Origin: Paraspadella gotoi
Taxonomy: Eukaryota; Animalia; Chaetognatha
Direction of reading: 5' to 3'
NCBI GenBank assembly: GCA_051294375.1
Contig: CM119265.1
Location: 23,714,669-23,778,668, forward strand
DNA length: 64,000 nt
Shown here: positions 1 through 12,824 of the stretch, one piece after another
Layout of the letters: each line of letters opens with the position of its first letter
Numbering within the stretch: the first letter of the stretch is position 1
Notes under the pieces: generated by a model
The model's input: only the letters and a program-made list of their open reading frames with translations
What the model was told of the DNA's origin: nothing
The model's database searches: none
Translations under genes and position numbers: made by a program

Positions 1-69
1 TTACCTTTATTCTGTCTTCCTCACTCATTCTTCGACTTTACTTAACTTTTTACTTTTTACTTTACTCTT

Positions 70-500
70 TGCTCTTATTCCCCGCCCCACTATCAACACT
101 ATGTCGCTCTCTATTCCTCGCCCTCCCATTCATCTCCTATTCTTCCTTTGCTCCTATATCCTGCCTCCACAATTCCTCACCTTTCGCGCCTATTTCCCGC
201 CCCACATCACTCATTCGTCCTATATTCCGCCCCACATTCCCACTTTCTGCTCACCTTATCCATGGCCCCACATCCCACTCTTCGCTCCTATTTCCCTGGC
301 CCCTCACTATCCCCACTATTCGCTTCCTAATTTCCTGCCCCCCACAATCCCACTCTTCGTCTCCTTTTTTCCACCCCACATTCCCATTCGCTTCCTATTT
401 CCGCCTCCTCTTTCACAGCCCACTCTCGCGTCCTTTTCTCGCCCCCACATTCGTCTATTCGCTCCAATTTCCCGCTCCTCCCTTCACCCTCTCTTCCTCC
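70..500. repeat. Degenerate C/T-rich minisatellite (about 35-bp unit, e.g. ttcccgccccacatcccactcttcgctcctat), probably intronic
   Basis: The motif 'cc(g/a)ccccacat...ttcg..cctattt' recurs roughly ten times. It explains the Pro/His-rich spurious ORFs at 69-661. Confidence 0.75.
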
Positions 501-504
501 CCAG

Positions 505-617
505 CTCCAGAGTCCTACGCTCGGCTGCTCTCGTTTCTCCAAATTCTCATGAACGTTTTGTGTCTCGCGTTCCTCGCGATTCTTTTCCTCATTTCCTGGA
601 AATTGACGTCGGCGTGA
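505..617 (+). CDS. Probable last coding exon of an upstream gene, encoding a C-terminal transmembrane helix
   Basis: Polypyrimidine tract plus CAG acceptor (ccccag, 504; an in-frame alternative AG at 510). Reads PESYARLLSFLQILMNVLCLAFLAILFLISWKLTSA*. Non-repetitive, with a hydrophobic stretch of about 22 aa. AATAAA at 1016-1021. Confidence 0.45.
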
Positions 618-1939
618 CGTCCACGGGAGGCGCTGGGATCGGCGTTGGAACTGAGTCATAACCGGCGTCAAACTCAACCGGGGTCATCTCAACCGGCGTC
701 ATCCCGACCGGCGTGGTACTGACCCATAATTCCACACACAAAAACTTGACGTCGCGCAAAACCAGCGCCGAATCTTGAATGGACGCCGTCACGTTCCCCT
801 TTCCACTCCCTCCCCCCTTTTTCCCAAATGACCAAACTCGTCAAGAAATCGGAGAAACGAGGGAAAAAAGCGGCGAAACTCCATCGCGCTTTCTGGGTCT
901 GTCTGTCCCGCGAAAAGAATGACTCATTTTACGTTACGACACGCCGTCGCAGCGGCCGCGTCCCGTCGCAGCGGCCGCGTCCCGTCGCTGCGTCGCCGCG
1001 GAACGATTTTCAAATAATAAAAAGAAAACATCAGCAGCGCCGGCTCGATCGCGAGGGAAACCGCAAACGGTTGAGCAAGATGGCGCCGCTTTTTTGTCGT
1101 CCCTCGGCGTGGCGTAACGGCGTCGTTGGTCGGCGCCAGAAAAAGAGAGAGAGAGAGAGACAGAGTGTGATTGGCGCCGCCGACGGAACCAAATCGTCTC
1201 TTGAAATAATTTTTAGTGCGAGTTTTGTTACTTTAAGCGAAAAAAAAAATCGAAAGAAATACTGCAAATTATTTAGAAAAGTAATAAATAAATAAAAAAA
1301 TAACTTGAAAAAGTCGATAAAGCTCAAAACTTCTTTTTTTTTTTTTGGGTGTCTCTTTCCATTCCTTTTTGGCTTCTATCATCTTTGTGAGTTGGGAATA
1401 AACTTCAAATAGTCAAACTTTCTTCTTCCTATTTTTTTCGTCATCGTCATCGTCGTTTTTTTTCGTCGTTGTCGTCGTCGTCGTCCTCTTCGTCTTCCTC
1501 CTTTTCTTCCCTTTCCCCCCTCAACCCCGCGACTGGAAACGAGGCTATCGAATTCGTCTAAATATAGAATGACTCGGGGTAGAGGAGGAGGAGGAGGAGG
1601 AGGAGGAGGAGGGGGGAACCTCATAAAAAATTCACAAATTTGGCTCGATCGCTCTAATTCTCTTCCTTCTCCTCCCCCCCATCGCTCTCGACCCCCCCCC
1701 CTCACTCCGTCTCCAGTTCATTCATCGTCGATTAAGTCGAGCAACGACGTCACTTTGTTCAATGTTTAATCACCGAGTTTTACATAATAAATCTCTGGCG
1801 CTCAACTTAAATTTAACGATAAATCGTTGACTTATTAAATATCAAGGACTTCGACGTTCGACGTTCGACGGAGGCCGAATTAAGACAATTGGAATAACTC
1901 GTAAAACATCGGAAAGCAACAAGGGAACGAGTGCTGGAA

Positions 1940-1979
<40 letters not shown>

Positions 1980-3348
1980 AGAGAGAGAGAGATGAGAGAG
2001 AGAGAGAGAAGAGAAAGAGGAGAGGAGGTGAGGGTAATATAAGATTGCGTCTCCCGCGCTTTTTCTGAAATGGAGTCAAGTTTAACTTATCTACCCCCGC
2101 GGATACTAAAGTGATATTCTCCGGGCAACGAAATTCACCGCTCAATTCGCTGAAACCAGTTTTCCTTGTGAATTTTGCTCAAATCTTCACTTTTTGGGGC
2201 GATTGACTTCATTCTCAATAAATTAATTTTTCCCCAAAATAAGTTTATTATCTCAAATTTAGCTGTCGAAAACAAAAAGGAGAAACTTTTACGAACTTTT
2301 TGAAGGAATAATTTCAGAAGCACCTCTACCATGAAACTGGGTCACATATTACTAATGGGTGATAAATACGAACTGAGAATAGAGTGCACTCAGCAGTGAG
2401 CACAGTGAACACTGAACAGCTGTTGAAAGCCGGAGAGAAGAGAATTTAATTTTGCCGATTGTCTTCGTTGTCATCGTCTTCGTCGTCGTCATCGTCGCTT
2501 CAATCACGACTTGATATCGCTATAATTTTTTTTTATTCGGAATGACGCGGACATTATTTTCGCAGTATATTTTGTTTTCCGCTGACATCTTTTTCGACGT
2601 CATTTTCTACTGGAATGACGTCATTTTGACGTCATTTTGACAGGAAGTTTTGACCGTCGAAAAAAAGAAAATAATGCTTGGATTTGGTGAATTTGAAAAG
2701 AGTTCGCGTCGGCGAATTGGGTTGGGAGTGGGGATTTTCGGGGGTGGGTTGGGGTTGGGGTGGGGTGGGTGGGGTGGGATTGGGGGTGTGTGTTGGGGTG
2801 GGAGGGGCGGAAGGAGATGGAAAGTTAAGGGAAGATCTGATGGTTTAATTGGCTGAAAAGTCAACTTTGGCTTTATTCTTTATAATTAAAAATTAACAAT
2901 TAAAATGTTTTAAAATAAAAATATGGGTTTTAAAGTTAAATATGTATATGAGGATTATGGTTTTATTTAAATATGGGAGAAATAAACTTAAGTTGTTGTA
3001 TAGAATCTTGACCAGTCAACTCATAACATAATCGATATTGATCAGATCAGGAAATAAGGCAAAGTCTATTTTAAAAAGAACCTTTTTTTTCTTTTCTTTT
3101 TTCTTTCTTTCTTCTTTCTTCCCACCTTCGATTGTTTTTTGCGTTTGCCCTTAACGCCTGACTGAACTGTGAACTCAAAACAAACAATCAAAACGTGACT
3201 CATCACTAACTTATCTTCTTCATACTTATTCACACCCGAAAATCGATGGTTGTGAATTTCACCCAAAAAAATTGTTGGCTTCGTTGCGACTAAAATCTTT
3301 TGTCACAAAAAGATTTTTTTTTTCAGAAAAGATTTCATCTTTCGAATC

Positions 3349-3381
<33 letters not shown>

Positions 3382-4656
3382 AGATTCGAACATCATTTTC
3401 TTTTTTCGTTCCTCGACCCTTTCCTCCCTTTTCTTTTTTCGTTCCTCGACCTTTTCCTCCCTTTTCTTTTTTTCGTTCCTCGACCCTTTCCTCCCTTTCC
3501 TCCCTTTTTCTTTCCCCTCCTCTTCTTCCTCCTCCCCTCTTCCTCTTCCCCCTCCTCCTCCCACTTCCATACTCGGTCGGGATCCGGCGCCTGAGCGATC
3601 AAGAGACCGGAAACGCGTTTTCGAGCGAGTCGCTGCCCCCTTTCTCTGCTCAGCACTTACCCTTTAACTCATTTTTCCTTTCTAAAGACTCACCCTAGCG
3701 GTCCTTTTCCCTCTTTTTAAAGAACTTACCCTTTTACTGTTTCTGAGCTCTTACTCTTGGTGTCCTTATCTTATATTTGTAATTTTTTTTATTCCTTTCT
3801 TATACTTTAAACTTACCCCGATAATTGAGTTTTATTTTTACTTAACTTTTATTTTTCTTTACTGTTTCTTTCTTTCTTTTTATTTTTCTTTTTTTTCGGC
3901 GGTTTAAGGCCTCTGTTTGTTTTGTCCCTTTGTTTTTTTTCTCGTTGACCTCTTTTCATCTCTCTCTGTTTTGCTTAATCCTTTTCACAAATTTTAAGCT
4001 TCTCTCTTTCTTCTTCTAATTTTTTTCTCTTTTTCTCTTCTCTTCATTATATTTTTCATTTCACTTTTCTGTCATTTCATATCCATTTCTTGACAATTTA
4101 ATTCAATTTTCAATTTTCTTTTCGATTTTTTTTTCCCCATTTTCACCTCGTTTTCCCTTTTCATTCCATTTTGTCTCAAAACAGACTCTTCAATCGACTT
4201 ATAGACTTTCGAGACATCGCACACTTTAAAATCTCTTTCCTCTCGAGTATCTGTGCCTTTCTCCCCATTGCCAATTTGTTCTCTTTCTTTCCTTTCCTTT
4301 CCATTCCTATCCTTTACTTTCTTCTAATTCCTTTCCTTTCCTCTATATCTTATCTTCTTTTTTCTCTCTCCCTTTCCTCTCCTTGTCTTTCCTTTTCTTT
4401 TTTACTATTTCCTTTCTTATCCTTTCCCCTTTCTTTCCTTTTCTTCCTTTTCTTTCCTTTCTATTAGTTCTTTTCCTTTATTTTGTTTCTTTCCTTTTCC
4501 TTTTCCTTCCTCCCTTTCCTTTCCTCCTCTCTCTCTCTTCCAATCGCCCTCCACGCCCCTCCCTCTGGCGCCGCCCCCATGGAATCAATCAAGAAAGAAA
4601 CTCTGGAATCGTTTTTTCTCGATCGCGACTGAAACCGTAAGATTTTTTCTGTCGGT

Positions 4657-4687
<31 letters not shown>

Positions 4688-4959
4688 NNNNNNNNNNNNN
4701 NNNNNNNNTTTCTTTCTCTTGTTAAGTCGAAAGGAAAAAAAACTCTGGAGAAGTCCATATGTTCTCGCAGTAGGATTCGTCGTCGTCGGATTAGTCAACC
4801 AGCCGAGATCCATGAATCTAATTTTTGTTTTCGTTGTTGTCATCGTCGTGATTCTTGGTAAAATCGTTCTTTCACCGTTTGTCAACTTCGAACGATCACT
4901 TTATTGTGATTATTGTTCTTTTGTCTTTGGTCTGTCGTGATTATTGGTCTTTTGCTTCG

Positions 4960-5340
4960 TCATCGACGCGTCGGCATTTTGCGTCGTCATTGTCGTCGTC
5001 TTCGTCAACCTCGTTTTTGTCATGGTCTTCAGATGTGGTCGTCGCCTGTATCGACTGTAATCGGCTTCGTCATTGTCATTCCTCATTGTCATTGAACAGT
5101 CTTCAATCTTGTTGTCATCGTCGTCATCGTCTCTGTCATCTTCGTCGTCATCGTCGTCGTCATCATTGTCATTGTCTCTGTCATCGTCATCGTCTCTGTC
5201 ATCGTCGTCTTCGTCTCTGTCATCGTCGTCTCAGTCGTCGTCATCGTCTCTGTCATCTTCGTCGTAGTCATCGTCGTCGTCATCCTTGTCATTGTCTCTG
5301 TCATCTTCGTCGTAATCATCGTTGTCGTCTCCGTCGATCC
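4960..5340. repeat. Degenerate (TCG/TCA)n trinucleotide microsatellite
   Basis: tcgtcatcgtctctgtca repeats; gives poly-Ser, poly-Thr and His/Arg pseudo-ORFs. Confidence 0.9.
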
Positions 5341-5519
5341 CTTACGAGGTCTCGGTGATTCTACAGAAACGTGATTCGCATTACTTCGCATTTCGGTTCA
5401 CACCACGATTCAAACTCAGAACCTCACGTGTGGATGTGAAGAAATTTAATCCGATTATGGAATATCATTGTAATATAAATTTAACGAATTCTTGTCAAAA
5501 TCAAGATTACTTATTTAAA

Positions 5520-5810
5520 GTTCAAAGTCCAAAGTCAGGGGCAAGATAGCTTATCAATTAAATGAATGAATAATTTTTATATTGTTTGTACCAATTTCAT
5601 AAAATCAAAGCTCCTTGTATTTTGATGCTAGTGCTAATACTTCAGGGAGTGGTCATTTATAAAATTGAAACATTCTTCGAAATATATACAACTTTGAGAG
5701 TGAATGAACTAGACTGTGAGAGAGTCTTGATTGAAAGCTTGCAGGGGCAAGATAGCTTGTTTATTAAATGAACGGATAATTTTATATTGATCGTAACATT
5801 TTCATACTTT
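5520..5810. repeat. Dispersed repeat fragment (gactgtgagagagtcttgattgaaagcttgca...gatagc..tttattaaatgaa.ggataat)
   Basis: Near-identical block at 25209-25300, internal duplication (5538-5600 vs 5743-5810), and shorter matches near 58305-58330 and 59797-59822. Confidence 0.7.
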
Positions 5811-8327
5811 AAGAATTTCAGAATTTAGATTGATATACCATGTTCAATAAACTTTGGATATTGTTCAATCTCGAGTTTTTTTTGTTTCAAGAAAAAAATT
5901 TTTTTAAGTTTTGAATTTTGAATAATTATTTTCTCTGTTAACTTTTTTCTCGTTCAACTACATTTTTTCCTCCTTTTCTCTCTTTTCTCATTCATGTATC
6001 TTTCTTTTTTTCATTCTCTAATTTTTTTCTTTTCCTCTTTTTATTCTTTCCTTTTTCTTTTCCTCCTTTTTTCTTCTCCTCTTTTCTTTCCTCCAAAAAC
6101 TTCCCATTTCGGGGCTGTTATGACTTTCATGGCTCCGAGAGCCTCAAAGATTTCCAGGATCCAGCCTGCCCTCTGTCTTTATCTCTCTCTCTCTCTATCG
6201 TTTCTCTCTCTCTGCTCCTTCTCTCTCTCTCTTCTCTCCTCTCTCTATTCTTCATCTCTCTCTGCCTCTCCGCCATATCCTCATTTGGCGATAAACGTCG
6301 CCCGACGCGCTCTGTCAGAATGGAAAGCCTCAAACAAACTTTGGTGTGTCCTTCCTTTTTCGCCGCCGGTCGGTCCTCTCTTCTCTCTCTCTCTCTCTCT
6401 CTCTTGTCTCTCGTCTCTCTCTCTCTCGCTTAAGTGCTTCTCCATCGCTGCTATCCATTCTTGTGTTTATCTTTTCTAGTGTTAATTTCATTTTTTTTTT
6501 TTCGAAGTGGGGAAATGTTTTGTTCCATTTTTTTTCCCTTTTTTTTCCTTTTTTTCTTTTTTCCCTTTCCATTCTTTTCTCTCGGTTCATTGCTACTTTT
6601 TGGGTATTCATTTTCGTCAGTTTTTTCTCTATTTGTTATGACAGTGTTGGCGTCCTTCTCTCTCTCCTGAGATGTGTGTGTCTTTTCCTTTTTGGGCCTT
6701 TCGGGCTTTTTTTTCGCCTTTCCTTTTACTTTTTTATTTCGTTATTAATGATTAGTTTTTTTAAAAATCAAATAAATGTCAATATGCTTGGCGACATGGT
6801 TTTTCCCTACAGAACTTAAGCAATTTGAGATTAATTTTACCTGGTAAAAAACAAAGTAAAAAAACTATAAATATATTTATATAAAATTAAATCATCTGTG
6901 AATGCTACTGTATAAGTTTTAGTATTTTTCTCCACAATGATTGGGGTGAAATCTCACGGAGAAGAATTAAAAACAAACAGACTCAAATAATCAATTCCTA
7001 TTTTTTTTTCCCCAAAAAGAAGATAAAAACCAGTGAACGCTTTTTAAACGTCCTCCACGAAGACAGAATTGAAGTTAGGTGCGACTGCAATGCGATTGTG
7101 GTTGTTGTTTTGTTGCAAGTTGTTGTGTTGTTGTTGTCTCGTGTTCATCGGGGTCGTCAACGTCGTCTTTCATTAATGGTCGGACTGGTTTAGTGGATCC
7201 GTCTTCTCTATGAGCCAAGATAGAAAAAAAATCCGAAAAACAAAAATGAGGAAAGACAGATGAAACAATAAAAAGACAGACAAATGGAAAGATAGAAAGA
7301 TGGAAGGAGAAATAGATGAAGAGATAAAGATATGAAAAGATGAAGACATGAAAACTTTCCGGATAACGAGCAAAAATAACAAATGGCCCGTTCCAAGTCT
7401 CCATCTTTAGAAAATGATCGCTTCTCATCTCTCTGTTTATACCCCTCACTCAATAACTAACTGTCTTGCTCTCGTCTCTCTCTCTCTCATCATCTCTCAT
7501 TCCTCTCTCTCACGTCTCATCTCTCATCATTCTCTCCAGACTGCTCTCTTATCTCTCTTCCTATCTCATCCTCTCATCTCCTCTCTCGTCTCGGTATCTC
7601 GGTGCCGGCCCGCGCCACAATTCACATTGGAGATGTAAAACGCCTTTATTCTCTCTCTCTCTTGCGACTTTTTCAATTTCCCACGCCGGCGAATTCTCTC
7701 GGTTTGAACTTTTGAAATCTAATGCAAACTTTGATGATTTGAGACTGGAAAACCGCCCTCTCCTTTTACCGTCTATAAACTGCCGTGGCAGCCAGCCTGG
7801 CCTCTTTTAAAAACGTCACGCCCCCGTGCCGTCTTTTTTTCCTCACCAGATCACGCTGGTTACAATGATCACCGTCATGTCGATGGGCCTCTTTGCTTTA
7901 TTTGTCCTCACTCCTCTCTGCCCTATAACGTCTTCTACTTCCTTTCTACCGAGTCTCATCCTCTTCGCCTTCACAGTTTATAGTTGTAATCAAAACTCAA
8001 TTCGGCGTATTGGTTATATATATATAATATTTATACCATATCCTGTAAGATCAAACTCAATATTGGGGTATCAAAAAGAACTCGCATTCATCTTTTCCCT
8101 CCTTTTTTTTTTTTTTTTATATTATTATGCATTTTTTTAGAGTGCGCACGCGGTTGTTGGCTTTTCGATCGCCTTTGTTAAAGAAACGGAAAAAAAAAAA
8201 AATCTCAAATCTATGTGAAGACTGGCTAGCCGGCCGGGCGTGCGACCTTCAGAGAATCCAAGAAGATGCCAGTGGGGCGTCATGATAAATAACGGGCTAG
8301 GANNNNNNNNNNNNNNNNNNNNNNNNN

Positions 8328-11300
8328 GAGTGTAACGCTTTTCCTCTCTCTTGACTTTTTCATTTCCCCGGCGAATTCTCTTTGAACTTTTGAATCTACA
8401 AACTTTGATTGAATTTGACTGGAAAACCCCCTCTCCCCTTGGCCATCCCTGCCGAAACGAAGCCATCGCCGCATCATTCCCTCCCAGCGTTGTCACGGTT
8501 TCCACCGGAGGACCAAGCGTCGTCGATATATCTGTGCGAGAACTCAGAACCACACGTGTGAATGTGAAGACAAATTTAAATCCGTTATGGAATAATCATT
8601 GTAACTATAAAATTTAAAGGAATTCTTGTCAAAATCAAGATTACTTGTTTTAAAGTTAAAAGTCCAAAGTCAGGGGCAAGATAGCCTTATCAATTACAAT
8701 GAATGAATGATAAGTTTTTATATTGTTTTGTACCAATTTCATAAATCAAAGCTGCCTTGTATTTTGATGCTAGTGACTAATACTTTCAGGGAGTGGTCAT
8801 TTACAAAATTGAACATTCTTCGAATATCATACAATCTTGAGAGTGAATGAACTAGACTGTGAGAGAGTGCTTGATTGAAAGCTGCAGGGCAAGATTAGCT
8901 TGTTTCATTAAATGAACGGGGATAATTTTATATTGATCGTTAACATTTCATACTTTAAGATTTCGAATTTTTGATGATAATACCATGTTCAATAAACTTG
9001 GACATGTGGTACAAGTCATCGAGTTGGGTGTTTGGGTGTATGTTTGAAGAAAAGGCGGAAATTTTCCTTTAAAGTCTTAGTCGATATTTGCATAATACAG
9101 TTCGGTTGTACGTGCACGATGTTGAAATTTTGTTGTCGTTCAACACATTCTCCGCCTTAGCGAAATTCTGCCGACAGACTCTCTTGTCGTACATCTTCTT
9201 GATCCTCCAGATTCCGAGCAGTGCACCGGAAATGTGAGTCTCTCCTTTTATGTCCATTCGTCGTAAGATTGTTTCTTCTTTGTCGCTCCTCTTTGCATAT
9301 GCGATATCTTCTTCCCCTGTTTGGTGTTTCGCTCTGTTGGTCCTAAGGACTATTTTCTCTTCTCTCGCTCAGATGATGCTGGTCTTTCCTACGGCCCAGA
9401 GTATATTTACGTCTCCCACCTGTCGGGGGCTGTGGTATACGCGTGGTAGCAGTGCACTTGGCGTTCTCAGAGCGACTAATCCCGAGGGGAGTGGCAGGCT
9501 GCCGTTCTTTTTTTAGTCATCGTCGTCTTCGAGTCACTAGAACTCTTTCTCATCTCTCTGCTTCCCTCTCTCTCTCTCTCTTCTCGTCAGTCATGCTCCC
9601 ATCTCTCTCTCTCGCTTTCTCTCCGATTCGCGCTCTCTCTCTCGCGTCAATCGCATATCCTCATCCCGTTGCATAACTCGCCCGAGACGCCCGCGCTGTC
9701 AGAATTGGAACAAGGCCCTGCAGACACAAACATTTGGAGTCGCTCTGAGGTAATGTTCTTACTTATTTACGAGCAGCCAGTGCCTCAGTCTCTCCTGTGG
9801 GGAGCCTCACGTCGTTAGGACTCCTCTCTCCTCTCATCTCTCGTGCATCTCTCTTCCGTTCTCCTTGGTGTCCCAGCTCAGTGCGCTCTCCTCCTGCTCT
9901 CTTCCCTATGCTGCTCTCTCCCTCCTCTCCTCGCGTCATCATCTGGCCAGGATCCCTGTCACTGTCGGCAGTCATCCTCTTTTGCCCGTCCTCTTTCCTC
10001 ACACTCTCATCTCGTGCGGGAATCTCCGGATAAGTCCTTAATCTTCTCTCGCTCTAGTTCGGATCCATGGTCTCTGTGTTTAGCGCGGGTTAGATTTTCT
10101 CTAGGTGTTAATGTTTCTATATTTTGTATTGTCGGAAAGTGGAAATGTTTTTCCCTATTTTTTCCCTATTTTTTTTTTTTCTTCACCTTTTTTTCCTCTT
10201 TTTTTTTCTCGTGAGTCTCTCTCTTCACATTCTTTCTCCTTCTTCGTTTTGCCCAAGGCAGATTATTTTCTAACCCCTTTCTTCAAGGTAATTCAATTTC
10301 TCAGTTTTCATCATAAACTATCATTATGAGCAGTCTCCTCTCCTCTCTCTCTCCTCTCCTTCCCTGCTTCTCTCTCTACAGTCTCTGCGGCGGGTCTTAC
10401 GTCCCGGGTCCTATCAAGTCGTCGCCGTCTCTCCAGGACCGGTAATCGCGCTGAAGCTTCTTTTTCATATCTCACGTTACATCCTCTTTCGGTTGTTCTT
10501 GCTCTTTGCTTTCTTTTCCCTCTACTCACGCCTTTTTCTTCCGTAGGGCCGAATCAGAGCCCAGTCAGCTTTTTGCAAAAAATTAGCCTGCGTGGTAGTA
10601 CTCGCGCGATGAATTTTTGAATCGCGTTTTTCAAACGACTCGTTTTTTCTCAAAAAAATTCCTTGACCGACTTCGATACGGTCTGAGACGAACGTCTCCA
10701 TTTCTAACTTACGCCACCTCACACAGTAACGGTTACCTTTTCATGATTAACTCTTTAAATTGCCTCTATTTTAATCTCACAAAAAAAAACCCAAATATAT
10801 CCTTCAATTTACATTTATTAAAATTCTGTTGTAACTTGGCCCATAAAAACCGCTTTGTAAATAAAGAAGAGCAGTCCACATTTGAGTAGTTATCACCTCT
10901 GTATTCCTGTTTCCTCTCGCCATTCAGTCTCGCTCTCGTTTTCTATTCATTTTCTTTTGTTCTCTTATTCTTTTTCCAATTCTAAGACTTGATATCAATT
11001 TAATTTACGGCTGTCTTTTGACAGAAAAATATTTTTTTCTTCCTCCGCGCCATGACGTCTTTTTTTTTCCGCACAATTGTTCAATATTTACGACTTTTTT
11101 ATTTAAAGTATTATACGGCTTAAATTTTTTTTAATTACAACAAACGTCAATATGCTTGCACATGGTTTTTTTCCCTACAGAACTAAGCATTTTGGACTTA
11201 ATTTTTTACTTGTAAAAAACAATTGTAAAAACTAAAAATATATTTATATAAAAAAATAAATCATCTGTTGATGGCTACAATTATAAGTTTTTTATATTTT

Positions 11301-12333
11301 TTCTCTAACATGATTTGGTGAGGGCTATTCTTCACGGAGAAGAATTAAAAACCAACCAGACTCAAATATCATTCCTAAAATTTTTTTTTCCCCAAAAAGA
11401 AAAGGCATAAAACCATGACTACACCTTTGTTAGAGCGTCCTCCATCCGATGACAGAAATTGAATTAAAGGTCGAACTCGAATGCGATATTTGTATGTTGT
11501 ATGTTGCAGTTGTTGTTGTTATTGTCATTGTCCGTCAACAGTCGTCTTTCCAATAATTATAATGGTCGGCTGGTTTAGTGGATCCGTCTTCTCTATGAAA
11601 TCCCAAGATCGAAAAAAACCTAAAAACAAAAATGAGGAAGACGAGATGAAAGACGTAAAAAGAAACAGGAACAGATGGAAAGATAAGAAAGATGAAGGAG
11701 AAATAAGATGAAGAGATAAAGATATGAAAAGTATGCAGACAATGAAAACTTTCCGGATAACTGAGCAAAAATAACAAATGGCACGTTTTCCAAGTTCCTC
11801 TTTAGAAAATGACGCTTCCATGCTCTTGTCTTAATAACCCCTCACGGTGTCATACTAACTCTCTCTCTCTGTCCCTCGTCTCTCTCTCGGGGCTCTCTCT
11901 CCTCTGACTCTCGGTCTACCTCCTGGTCCATGGAGTCTCAGCATCTCTCTCCCCATCTCATCGGGTCTCTCTCCCATCCGTCCTGGGTCTCTCATCCACT
12001 CGTTCTCGGGCATTGTCCTCGCAACAAATTCACTTGGATGTAATCGCTCTCTGTGGCCCTCTCCTCTTGGGAACCTTTTTCATTTCCCCGTGCGAATTCA
12101 TCTTTGAACTTTTGAATCTACAAACTTTGAAGATCTGAACTTGACTGGAAAAACCCTACTAACCCCTTTTTACTCAGCCCCTGCCCCTTTTACTACACAA
12201 GCCGCTGCCTCTTTTAACTGTCACCCTGCCTCTTTTTTTCTCAGCCACTGGTACTCGCCGCGTCATGGTCTGCCTCTTGCTTTATTCGCTTCCTCTCTCT
12301 GCCCAAACTCCCTCTATCTTTCTCCGTCTTCTC
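8328..12333 (+). other. Error-rich direct copy of about 5410-7990 between two 25-N gaps (probable long-read gap-fill artefact)
   Basis: 8540-9000 matches 5410-5870 and 11100-12330 matches 6730-7950, with dense 1-nt indels. Bounded by 25-N gaps at 8303-8327 and 12334-12358. Confidence 0.8.
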
Positions 12334-12496
12334 NNNNNNNNNNNNNNNNNNNNNNNNNACTCCTCTTCTTTCTCCCGTCTCTCTTCCTTCACGTTATATT
12401 GTATCAAACTCATATTGTATTGTATATATATATATATTGTATATATTGTATCAAACTCATATTGTATCAAACTCATTCTTTCTCCTTTTTTTTATC

Positions 12497-12625
12497 TTTT
12501 TTTAGTTGCGCCGCGGTTGTTGGTTTCTCCTTTGTTAAGACAGGAAAAAATCTCAAATCTATGTGACTGCTAGCGCCGCCTTCAGGAAATCCAAATGCAG
12601 TGGGCGTCATATACGGGCTAAGAAA
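12497..12625 (+). mobile_element. Internally deleted copy of a small DINE-1/Helentron-like non-autonomous repeat
   Basis: Starts tttttagttgcgccgcg and shares 'tttgttaagaca...ctcaaatctatg' and 'aatgcagtg...gtcata..gggct.agaaa' with the reverse complement of 14603-14830. Confidence 0.55.
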
Positions 12626-12793
12626 ATCACTGCAGTGCCTTTCTCTCTTTCTCTCTTTCTCTATGAATTCCGTCCTCAAATGTCAGTCGGTCAGTCAGTC
12701 AGTCAGAAGTAGCTCACAAAAATTGAAAATTGGAATGCGTTAGAATCTGGTACGTATATTGATTAATGAATTACGCTCATAATTTAAATTTCA

Positions 12794-12824
<31 letters not shown>

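Noticed and set aside
589-792. Minus-strand ORF MTASIQDSALVLRD...TPVEMTPVE
   Set aside because: Driven by a short accggcgtca repeat and not recognisable as a protein; the + strand terminal exon explains the region better.
945-990. 19-bp GC-rich tandem repeat with two NotI sites
   Set aside because: Only about 2.4 copies; no evidence of function or vector origin.
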